Shown here piece by piece: positions 28,884-37,227 of a stretch of 64,000 nucleotides of DNA (positions are counted from its first letter, which is position 1; the number at the start of each line of letters is the position of its first letter). The stretch is taken from NCBI GenBank assembly GCA_965248695.1, contig CBDFKD010000002.1, positions 4,096,001 to 4,160,000 of the forward strand, in the 5' to 3' direction. Source of the stretch: Acidobacteriota bacterium (GTDB lineage: Bacteria > Acidobacteriota > UBA890 > WLXD01). The notes beneath the pieces are model-generated. The model had not been told where the DNA came from. It did not search any database and saw nothing but the letters and a program-made list of their open reading frames with translations. The position numbers were made by a program, and so were the translations under genes.

Positions 28884-31448
28884 ATGTTGATGACCTTTGA
28901 ACAAACCTGGCCGCTGCTGCTGCTACCGGCGGTGGCGGGCCTATGGTGGGTGCGGAAGCACACCATCATCGAGTTTCATCGGCGTCAGCTTGATCTGATG
29001 TTGCTGCTGCGCGGTGTGGCGCTGGTGTTGGTGATTCTGGCGATGAGTCAGCCGGTCTTGCATCGCTCCGGCTCGTGGTTGTCGGTCGTCTATCTGCTCG
29101 ACGTTTCGCACAGTGTCCGGCCTCGAGCCGTTGACGAGGCGATCACCTGGGTACAGGAGGCTGTCGACACCGGCGAGGCAGACGTGTCCGGCTTCTTCGC
29201 CTTCGGCGGCAACGCGATCCAGGCCGATGACGCCGCCGGGCTGCGCGAGGTCCGGGTCGCGGACGGCGCCGCCTTCGGCGCTGTCGACCGCTCGGCCACC
29301 AACCTCGCGGCGGCGATCGAGCGCGGCCTCGTGGCGCTGCCGCCGCACCATGTTCCGCATCTCGTTCTGCTGACCGATGGCCAGGGCAACCGCGGTGACT
29401 TCGATCGTGCCGTCGATCGCCTGCGCCTCGATGGTGTACGCACCTACACGCGCACGACGAAGGCACGTGACCGTGCCGACGCTTGGATCGACGATGTCGA
29501 TTCCGAAGACACCGTCACCGCGGGGCTACCGTTTGCGTTGCGCGTGGAGCTGTTCGCACAGGTCGCAGTCGAGGGGACGCTCATCGTGGCTCAGGATCGC
29601 CGCGTTCTGTCCTCGGAGGTCTTGCAGCTGTCGCCCGGCTCGACGGTGGTGGAGCCCCGGCCGGTCCTCGAGGAGGGCGGGCCGGCAGTGGTCGACGTGG
29701 TGCTCCAAATCGACGGGGACCCGGAGCCGGAGAACAATGTCGTCCAGCTGGCAGTCCACGCCGCCGAGCGGCCGCGTCTGCTATATGTCGAAGGACGCGG
29801 AGGCTCGGCCGACTACCTGCGCGATGCTCTCCAGGAAGGGGGCTTCGATGTCGAGCTCGAGTTGCCCTGGAACCTGCCCACCGATCCTCGCCGACTCGAG
29901 CGCTATGCCGCCATGATCCTCAGCGACGTCGACCCGCGACTGCTCAGCATTCCGGCGATGAACGCGATCGAGAGCTATGTCTCCGATCACGGCGGCGGGC
30001 TGTTGTTGGCGGGTGGAGAGTCGGTATACGGCGAAGACGGCTACGCCGACACGCCGATCGAGCGTGCGCTGCCGATCTGGTTCAAGGCCGAGCGTAAGCC
30101 CAAGGATCTCGTGTTGGTGATCGCGTTGGACAAGTCCTACAGCATGGTCGGCGACAAGATGGCACTCGCCAAGGAGGCATCCAAGGCCGCCCTCGATTTG
30201 CTCGAGGAGGAGCAACAGTACGGCCTGCTGGCCTTCGACTATCACTTCTACTGGCCAGTGCCCATCCAGCTGGCGCGCGGCAAGGATCGCTTGCGCGAGC
30301 GTATCTCGGCGATCGAGGCGAGCTCGCCGACCAATATCTACCCGGCCCTGCAGGACGTGTTCCTGTCGCTGCAGCAGACCGAGGCCGAAGTGAAGCACGT
30401 GATCCTGTTGTCGGACGGCAAGACCTATGAGGATGACTACGAGGGCTTGGTCACCGAGATGACCGAGCGAGACATCACCGTCTCGACGGTAGCGGTGGGC
30501 GGCAAGGCCGACCGTGAGCTGCTTGCCAACATCGCTACTTGGGGCGATGGGCGCAGCTACTTCATCGACGATCCGACGCGTGTGCCCGAGATCTTCGTGG
30601 ATGAGACGCAGAAGGCGCAGGGCATCACGCTCGAGGAGGATGACGAGGTTCAACTCGAAGTGCGTAAGCCCATCGAGGCGCTGGCCGGTCTGGAGATGGA
30701 TACTGCTCCAGCGCTGCTGGGCTACGTGCGCACGATGTCGAAGGACAACGCCGAGCTGGTTCTCGACACCGGCGAGGACGGGGATCCGATTCTGGTGCGC
30801 TGGCAGTACGGTCTCGGACGGTCGGTGTTCTTCGCTGCCGATGTTAAGAACCGCTGGTCGGCGCCGTGGTTGGAGTGGGATGGCTACGGCAAATTCTGGG
30901 TCCAGCTGGTGCGCGAAGCGATGCGGCAGGACGCGTTCAAGCAACCGAGCTTCACGGCGTCGCGGGACCACGCCGGCGCGCGCCTGCAGCTCGAGCTCGT
31001 CGACGGCTCCGGACGCCACAGGAACGCCCTACGACCGACCGTGACCGCTACCATCGGTGAAGAGGAGTCGGAGATTGAGCTGGCACAGGTTGCGCCGGGG
31101 CGCTACGAAGCACGTTTGCCCTTGGCCGCCGACGACGAAGCGAAGTTCCGGTGGTCGGAACGCGATGCGGCGATCGAGCGCACGCTGGTGCCTGTAGCGA
31201 GCGAGGAGCGACGCTACCGACCAGCGGATGACGAGGCTCTGCGCGGCCTCGCCACGGCAACCGGAGGCGTGCACGATCCGGAGCTGGACCAGCTATTCGA
31301 CCCGGGGGATCAGACCGTGACCCGCCCCTTGCGCCTGTGGCCCGGACTCGCTGTGCTGGCGTTGGTTCTCTACCTGGTGAACATGTTGCTGCGGCGCGTT
31401 CGCGTGTTTCGCGACGACGGTAGTCTGGTGGGCTCATCCGCGTCCTGA
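28884..31448 (+). CDS. vWA + glutamine amidotransferase-like domain membrane protein
   Basis: LDVSHS and LDKSYSM MIDAS motifs, GGGLLLAGG, ILLSDG, WQYGLGRSV. Confidence 0.85.
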   Translation: MLMTFEQTWPLLLLPAVAGLWWVRKHTIIEFHRRQLDLMLLLRGVALVLVILAMSQPVLHRSGSWLSVVYLLDVSHSVRPRAVDEAITWVQEAVDTGEADVSGFFAFGGNAIQADDAAGLREVRVADGAAFGAVDRSATNLAAAIERGLVALPPHHVPHLVLLTDGQGNRGDFDRAVDRLRLDGVRTYTRTTKARDRADAWIDDVDSEDTVTAGLPFALRVELFAQVAVEGTLIVAQDRRVLSSEVLQLSPGSTVVEPRPVLEEGGPAVVDVVLQIDGDPEPENNVVQLAVHAAERPRLLYVEGRGGSADYLRDALQEGGFDVELELPWNLPTDPRRLERYAAMILSDVDPRLLSIPAMNAIESYVSDHGGGLLLAGGESVYGEDGYADTPIERALPIWFKAERKPKDLVLVIALDKSYSMVGDKMALAKEASKAALDLLEEEQQYGLLAFDYHFYWPVPIQLARGKDRLRERISAIEASSPTNIYPALQDVFLSLQQTEAEVKHVILLSDGKTYEDDYEGLVTEMTERDITVSTVAVGGKADRELLANIATWGDGRSYFIDDPTRVPEIFVDETQKAQGITLEEDDEVQLEVRKPIEALAGLEMDTAPALLGYVRTMSKDNAELVLDTGEDGDPILVRWQYGLGRSVFFAADVKNRWSAPWLEWDGYGKFWVQLVREAMRQDAFKQPSFTASRDHAGARLQLELVDGSGRHRNALRPTVTATIGEEESEIELAQVAPGRYEARLPLAADDEAKFRWSERDAAIERTLVPVASEERRYRPADDEALRGLATATGGVHDPELDQLFDPGDQTVTRPLRLWPGLAVLALVLYLVNMLLRRVRVFRDDGSLVGSSAS

Positions 31449-31506
31449 CGGCTCGCGGGAAAGCGCCTCGTAGGCCCAGGACAGCGCGGGCCCGGGACAG
31501 TGCCCC

Positions 31507-32376
31507 TCAGTGGCGCCGGATGCGGACGGCTCCCTGCAGGGTCTCGATGCTGATGTCCGCATCGCCGCTGCCGGTGCGGAACGACAGCTCCTGCGACGGC
31601 ACCCAGCGGCTCGTGCGTCTTGGTTGCTCGCCGAAGTCGTTGGCGATCTCCCCCATCATCGTTTCGATATCGAAGCTCGCCGAAACGTCGGCGGGGAGCA
31701 GCAGTTCGACGCTGCCGTTCACTGCCTCGAAGTTGAGATCAGCCCCCGGGGCCACATCGCCCTCGAAACGGATCTCCCCGTTGACCGTTTCGAAGTTGCC
31801 TTCCATCAGCGATGCGGTGCTGGCGATGATCGACCCGGTCACCGACGTCAGCTCGATCGTTGTGGCGTTGCCGGAGTACTCAATCCCGCCGGTGATGGTC
31901 TCGATCTCGATGGCGCCATCGACCTGATCGACGTATACCGACGCGGTAATACCGTTGATCTCCAGCGTCGCGCCATGCGGCACCCGAATCTCGAGCGTGA
32001 CGTCGACCTCCTGGCGGTCACGCCCACGCCCACGCCAGCGTCGCCGGCGATCTTCGCTCCCGTCGTCGTTGTCCCATTCATCCCAGTCGGCGTAGATCTC
32101 CACCGATTCCGGGCCACCTTCGACGACGAATTCATCGACGTCGGCTCCGATGGTACCGGTAACCAACAACTCGTTGGTCTCCCACCCGACGACGCGGATG
32201 TCTCCAACGATGATCTCGTTGATCTCGAGCTGCACGTCGGAGTTCACCGGACGCCGGTCGTCGATCTCCTGTTGCGCCACCGCGGTGACGGGCATCGCGA
32301 GCCCGATGAGCAGTGAGGCGACAGGCAGCAGGGTGCTGCGAAGATCCGCGTGTTTGAAACAACGTCGTGCCCTCAT
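31507..32376 (-). CDS. DUF4097 beta-strand repeat secreted protein
   Basis: Signal peptide; repeated ETxxGxI units (IETITGGI, TSVTGSI, ETVNGEI, ETMMGEI, ETLQGAV). Confidence 0.85.
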   Translation of the reverse strand: MRARRCFKHADLRSTLLPVASLLIGLAMPVTAVAQQEIDDRRPVNSDVQLEINEIIVGDIRVVGWETNELLVTGTIGADVDEFVVEGGPESVEIYADWDEWDNDDGSEDRRRRWRGRGRDRQEVDVTLEIRVPHGATLEINGITASVYVDQVDGAIEIETITGGIEYSGNATTIELTSVTGSIIASTASLMEGNFETVNGEIRFEGDVAPGADLNFEAVNGSVELLLPADVSASFDIETMMGEIANDFGEQPRRTSRWVPSQELSFRTGSGDADISIETLQGAVRIRRH

Positions 32377-32392
32377 GATGATCGGTCCTCGT

Positions 32393-33082
32393 TCAGATGC
32401 GACTGATTTCCCGCAGGAAGATCACTCGCTTGCGGTACATATCGGTGAGCTGATTGAGCAATCCGGCATTTACCGGGTCGCGTTCCAGGGCGCTACGGGC
32501 GGAGGTAATCGCCTCGTCGATCAGGCGCAAGTTTTCTTCGACAACACGGACGGTCTCCGGCGACAGCTCCGAACGGTGCTCGTCGAGTGCGCGCAGGAGC
32601 TCATCGGTGATCTCCTGGTAGCTCCGCTCGGCGGCGCGGAAACCATCCCAGGCAATGGAGATGAAGTCCTCGGACGGCGCCAGCGGGCGCACCTCCGGCG
32701 GCAGTGGCGCCTGCACGAGGTACGCGATGATCCCCGACGATACCGCTACCAGCAGCATCGCAGCCGCCGCAATCGAGCCGACTCGGCGCCAGTTGACCAG
32801 CGTTTGCTCAGAGTCGCGCACACCGACACGATCCCCGCCGAATCGCGGGCGCATGATCTTGCGGTTCTCGATCCCGGCGGCGACTCCCGGCCATAGATCA
32901 GTGGGTGGGGCAATCTCGCGTCGCAGGGAGGCGGTCCGCGTCGCCAGATCGCGCCTGCGGGCGAGCTCGGCCCGCAGCTCGGACGAACTCGCGAGTAGCG
33001 GCTCGAGCCGGGCACGGTCCTCGTCCGAGATCGTGCCGTCGATCAGTTCGTCCAGACTGCGAAGCGTCTCTTCGGAGCTCAT
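32393..33082 (-). CDS. Putative anti-sigma factor (N-terminal helix + TM + helical domain)
   Basis: Overlaps the sigma stop codon; LIDGTI, PPTDLWPGV, TM, ENLRLIDEAI..ALERDP. Confidence 0.75.
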   Translation of the reverse strand: MSSEETLRSLDELIDGTISDEDRARLEPLLASSSELRAELARRRDLATRTASLRREIAPPTDLWPGVAAGIENRKIMRPRFGGDRVGVRDSEQTLVNWRRVGSIAAAAMLLVAVSSGIIAYLVQAPLPPEVRPLAPSEDFISIAWDGFRAAERSYQEITDELLRALDEHRSELSPETVRVVEENLRLIDEAITSARSALERDPVNAGLLNQLTDMYRKRVIFLREISRI

Positions 33083-33639
33083 TGGTTCAGTGCCTCCCGC
33101 AGTAACTTCCGGGCACGGTGGAGCTGTGCTTTCGATGTTCCGGTCGCAACTCCGGTGAGCTGCGCGATCTCGTCGTGTCGGTAACCCTCGATGTCGTAGA
33201 GCACGAAGATCGTGCGGGCACCGTCGGGCAGCGCCGCGATGGCCTCTTCCAGATCGACCGTCGGGCCGCGATTGGTGCGATCGGCGAGGGCGGCGTGGTA
33301 GGAAAGATCGTCCTGCTCGACGGTACGCGCGCGTCGGCGCATCTCGCTGCGACGGTGGCTGAGCACGACGTTGGCCGCTAGCCGATGCATCCAGGTGGAG
33401 AAGCTGGCGTCGCCACGAAAGGTGTGGAGTTTTTCCCAGGCACGTATGAATGCTTGCTGGGTGAGCTCTTCGGCTTCGACGGGCCTGCCGGTCATGCGCA
33501 GGCACAGAGCGTAGATACGGCCGCTGTTCTCGTGGTACAGCTCTTCGAAGGCGGCCGTGTCGCCGTCGGCGGCGCGAGCTACCAGCGCCCTTGCCGGGTT
33601 GGGCGTCATCGCTGTTGGCCTGTGGGTGACTGCCTGCAT
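33079..33639 (-). CDS. ECF sigma factor
   Basis: GDTAAFEELY, AEELTQQAF, FSTWMHRLA, GYRHDEIA..GTSKAQLHRAR. Confidence 0.92.
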   Translation of the reverse strand: MQAVTHRPTAMTPNPARALVARAADGDTAAFEELYHENSGRIYALCLRMTGRPVEAEELTQQAFIRAWEKLHTFRGDASFSTWMHRLAANVVLSHRRSEMRRRARTVEQDDLSYHAALADRTNRGPTVDLEEAIAALPDGARTIFVLYDIEGYRHDEIAQLTGVATGTSKAQLHRARKLLREALNQ

Positions 33640-33680
33640 GGGACATCCCGAGAGGGTGCTCGCGTGCCGTTCACGATCTT

Positions 33681-33708
33681 AGATACTCGGGAGGGTCACG
33701 GGGTTTGA
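33681..33708 (-). promoter_or_regulatory. Putative ECF autoregulatory promoter
   Basis: Minus strand TCAAAC-N16-GTATCT upstream of the sigma gene. Confidence 0.45.
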
Positions 33709-33839
33709 ACCCGATTGGTGCGGCGTGGCTGGCGGCTGCCGTCGGGATCGTGAGCGACCGGTCGATCGGTGCCAGCGTACCGATTGTAGAGTTACGACCC
33801 TGAGCCTGCAGGTGGTCGCGCTGGAAGCGAATGACCGGT

Positions 33840-34047
33840 TAGTGGCCTGTAACAGATGAATCGATAGCGCCGCAGATGGGATTTGCGGGCGAGATCAAGG
33901 CGCGGGTCCGCAGAATGGCGGCGAAATGGGGCCGCCTGCTCTGTTGCTCCTCCTCGGAGATGCACCAACATCGACTCGTCGGAGCGCCTTGTATCCGACC
34001 CCATTTGGCCACCACGGCACTATCGATTCATCTGTTACAGGCCACTA
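33840..34047. mobile_element. MITE-like element, 208 bp, 33-bp terminal inverted repeats
   Basis: TAGTGGCCTGTAACAGATGAATCGATAGCGCCG (33840..33872) pairs with 34015..34047 with one mismatch; TA/TAG at both ends. Confidence 0.8.
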
Positions 34048-35535
34048 GGCAGCCTGTGCCCTTCCTGCAGGTACGGCGCGGCCCCGGGCCCAGGCGCGCA
34101 GCTCGGCGACGGCCTCGGCGCGCGTTACCGCCAACGGTACGGTGGCGCGGATCTCGGCCAGCATGTGCTGGGTGGCGAGACCGGTTCCATCGGCAAACGC
34201 TGCGTAGAGCGCGGCCACGACGATGCTCTCGATCTCTGTACCGCTGAAACCCCGCGCCGCTGTCGCCAGCTCCGTGAGGTCGAAGTCGTCCGCGGCGCGA
34301 GCACGGGCGCGCAGCTGGGCGGCGAAGATCTCGGCGCGCTCGTGGGCGTCAGGCAGGTCGACGAAGAAGATCTCGTCGAACCTTCCCTTGCGCATGAGCT
34401 CGGGGGGAAGCGTGGTCGCCGAGTTGCAGGTCGCCACCACGAAGACCCCGGCCGGCCGATCCTGGAGCCAGCCCAGGAGTCGGGCCAAGAGTCGGCGCGA
34501 TAGTCCGCCATCGGACTGGCTGTCATTGGCCGACAGCGATTTCTCGATCTCGTCGATGAGCACCACGCAGGGCGCCATTTGCTCGATGCCGCTGAGGGCG
34601 CGCTCGAGCCGTCGCTCGGTCTCCCCGATGAACTTGTCGTACAGCCGACCAGTTTCGAGCGCGAGTAGGGGCACCCCCCACTCGTGAGCTACCGAGCGTG
34701 CCGCCATGCTCTTGCCGCACCCCTGGACACCGAGCAGCAGTAGGCCCCGCGGCGCCTCCAGGCCGAATTCGGTGGCTCCGGGAGCGAAAGCGAGCTGTCG
34801 GCGGTCAAGCCAGGCGCGAAGATTTTCGAGGCCCGCCGGTACCGGGGCGTCGGCGATGGGTATCACCTGCACCAGCCCGTCGGCCGCCAGCCGCTTGGCC
34901 TTGAGCTCGGTGAGACCGGCGGCAGCCTCGACGGTCAACGCACCGTCGCGCAACGCAACCTCGGTGAGGGCGCGCTCGGCTTCGAACAGTGTCAGGCCGA
35001 CGAGCGGCTCGACCAGCTGTTTCATGCCGTCGCGATCCACCTTCAGGACCACGCCGTGCTGCTGTTGAAGGCGCTCGGCAACCGAGCTTGCAAGCTGCTG
35101 CAAGGCGGCGCGATCGGGCAGGCCGAGGTCGAAAAAGGCAGCGAATCGGCTCAGCTCGGACGGCAGCTCGATCGACGGCCCCGACATCAGCAGGGTGCGG
35201 CGGTCACGCGAAAACGGCTTCAGCAGATCGAGCACGCCGCGCAGCACCGCCGGCTGCTCGAGCACGCGCTCGAGATCCTTGAAGAAGAAGACCCCGGGGC
35301 TCTCGAGGCTGGCTGCTGCAGCCAGAGCGGCGGCGGGCTCGTGCGTATCGTAAATCGCCGCCTCGGCGTCGTGTCGACGCAGCCCCTGACTCACGGTCCA
35401 GGTGAAAAGCGGCAGCGACATGCGCCCGGCCACTCGACGCAGCGCCTGCTCGACACGGTCCTCGTCAAGCGCTTCTACGGCGATGATCGGGTAGCGTGAC
35501 TCGATGAGCAACTGTAGATCGCGGAGCGCTCGCAC
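34045..35535 (-). CDS. AAA ATPase, Ycf46-like
   Basis: IESRYPII, GLLLLGVQGCGKS, LYDKFIGETE, IDEIEK, LPPELMRKGRFDEIFFVDLP; GTG 35535 with GGAGG. Confidence 0.88.
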   Translation of the reverse strand: MRALRDLQLLIESRYPIIAVEALDEDRVEQALRRVAGRMSLPLFTWTVSQGLRRHDAEAAIYDTHEPAAALAAAASLESPGVFFFKDLERVLEQPAVLRGVLDLLKPFSRDRRTLLMSGPSIELPSELSRFAAFFDLGLPDRAALQQLASSVAERLQQQHGVVLKVDRDGMKQLVEPLVGLTLFEAERALTEVALRDGALTVEAAAGLTELKAKRLAADGLVQVIPIADAPVPAGLENLRAWLDRRQLAFAPGATEFGLEAPRGLLLLGVQGCGKSMAARSVAHEWGVPLLALETGRLYDKFIGETERRLERALSGIEQMAPCVVLIDEIEKSLSANDSQSDGGLSRRLLARLLGWLQDRPAGVFVVATCNSATTLPPELMRKGRFDEIFFVDLPDAHERAEIFAAQLRARARAADDFDLTELATAARGFSGTEIESIVVAALYAAFADGTGLATQHMLAEIRATVPLAVTRAEAVAELRAWARGRAVPAGRAQAA

Positions 35536-35667
35536 GGATCCTCCGACCGGCGGTGAAAAAGGTCGTCCATCAGGGTACGACTGCGGCCAGGTCGGTCCGA
35601 AGCCCTTTCTTACCACCTGCGACGATGCCCCTCGGGGACGCCAGCCGAGGAGGTCGTCGCGGGAACG

Positions 35668-36573
35668 CTAGCCGAGGAGGTCGTCGAGCGCCGCGCGCAG
35701 CTGTGGGAAGCGGAACTTGTATCCCGCCGCCTGCAGCGCGCGTGGGAGCACGCGCTTGCTGGTCAGGAGCTCGGACGCGAACCCGCCGAGAACGATCTTG
35801 AGCGCCAGCGCCGGTGCTGGTATGAACGCTGGTCGATGCAAGACCGCGCCTAGCGTCCGCGCGAAATCGTGCTGACGCACCGGGACCGGCGCGGTGGTAT
35901 TGAGCGGCCCGTCCATCGGTTCGTCGAGGCAATGTTGGATGACGCCCAGGACATCAGCGAGGTGTATCCACGACCACCACTGCCGCCCGGAGCCCAGGGG
36001 CCCGTTCATTCCGATCCTGGCCGGTAGCAGCATCTGCTCCAGCGCCCCGCGCCCGTGGCCGAGGACGATTCCAGTGCGCAGCCGAACCACTCGCGTCCCC
36101 GGACCCTCGGCCAACCGGGCGGCCGCCTCCCAGGCGGCGCACACCTCGGCCAGGAAATCGTCGCCGGCGGGCTCGGCTTCGCCGAGCTCGTCGTCGCCGC
36201 GGTCGCCGTAGAAGCCGATGGCGCTGGCGCTGATCAGAACGGCTGGGGGCGACGGTGCAGAGCGGATTCCGTCCACCAGGTTCCGCGTCCCAGCGACCCG
36301 GCTGTCCAATATCCTGCGCCGCTGGGCGGCTCCCCAGCGTCCGGCGACCGACTCGCCTGCCAGGTGCACGAGGGCATCCAGCCCGTCCACCGCCGTCGTC
36401 GGCGGGGGCCCGGCGACAGGGTGCCATTCCTGGATGTTGTCGAGCATGGGCAGGCGCTGTTTGGCGACAGCGGGATTGCGCGAGAGCGCGGTGACGGTGT
36501 GACCAGCGCCGGTCAACGCCCGACACAGGGCCGACCCGACGAACCCCGTCGCTCCGGTGACCAGTATGTTCAT
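35668..36573 (-). CDS. TIGR01777-type NAD-dependent epimerase/oxidoreductase (YfcH-like)
   Basis: ILVTGATGFVG, HLAGE, ISASAIGFYG, GSGRQWWSWIH. Confidence 0.92.
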   Translation of the reverse strand: MNILVTGATGFVGSALCRALTGAGHTVTALSRNPAVAKQRLPMLDNIQEWHPVAGPPPTTAVDGLDALVHLAGESVAGRWGAAQRRRILDSRVAGTRNLVDGIRSAPSPPAVLISASAIGFYGDRGDDELGEAEPAGDDFLAEVCAAWEAAARLAEGPGTRVVRLRTGIVLGHGRGALEQMLLPARIGMNGPLGSGRQWWSWIHLADVLGVIQHCLDEPMDGPLNTTAPVPVRQHDFARTLGAVLHRPAFIPAPALALKIVLGGFASELLTSKRVLPRALQAAGYKFRFPQLRAALDDLLG

Positions 36574-36657
36574 GTGTGCCTCAGGGCTGATAGGTAGTCT
36601 CGATCGGTGGGCTCGCCAAGTTTGACGAAAGGATCGTCACTGATAGATGTTAGGCGC

Positions 36658-37227
36658 ATGGCGGCCCAGGTAAAGGACAACGTTGAACGTTTTCGGCAGG
36701 CCCTGGGCTTGCTGGGCGGCACTGCGCGTGTGCTCGAGAGTGGATTCGCTCTCGGCGAGGCGATCGATACCATCGTCCGCGAGCAACCAGGCCCGCCGGC
36801 GCTACTTTACGAGCCCTTTGCGCTTGCCGACCAGATGGGCTTGTACCTCGCACTCCGCGCTCGCGGTGTCGATCTCGTGCCGGTGCAGCAGGCGGGTGAG
36901 CGCGCCGCCGAACTGCGCGTCGGGCTGACGGTTGCCGAGCTGGCGATTGCCGAGTCGGGTACGCTGCTCGTCGGCGGCGAACCTGGCGGTTGGGGGCTGG
37001 CGACCATCTTGCCGTGGGTTCACATCGCGGTGCTTCGGGCGCGCGATATCGCTCCCGATATCACCAGCGCTTTCGAGGAGTTCGCCCTGCGGTTCGCTGC
37101 TGGCCAGCGTAACTGGGTCTGGATAAGTGGGCCGTCGAGGACGGCCGATATCGCTCAGAAGCTGGTGATGGGGATCCACGGCCCCAATGCGTTGCAGGTG
37201 CTCATCGTCGACGACGAGGCCCGGTGA
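36658..37227 (+). CDS. lutC: LUD-domain protein (LutC/YkgG-like)
   Basis: AIAESGTL, ISGPSRTADI, GIHGP. Confidence 0.85.
   Translation: MAAQVKDNVERFRQALGLLGGTARVLESGFALGEAIDTIVREQPGPPALLYEPFALADQMGLYLALRARGVDLVPVQQAGERAAELRVGLTVAELAIAESGTLLVGGEPGGWGLATILPWVHIAVLRARDIAPDITSAFEEFALRFAAGQRNWVWISGPSRTADIAQKLVMGIHGPNALQVLIVDDEAR

Noticed and set aside
32393-33646. 417-aa ORF as a sigma/anti-sigma fusion
   Set aside because: The N-terminal extension is an alternative frame overlapping the sigma gene; the real start is ATG 33082. The same applies to 61904..63310 (real start 62537)
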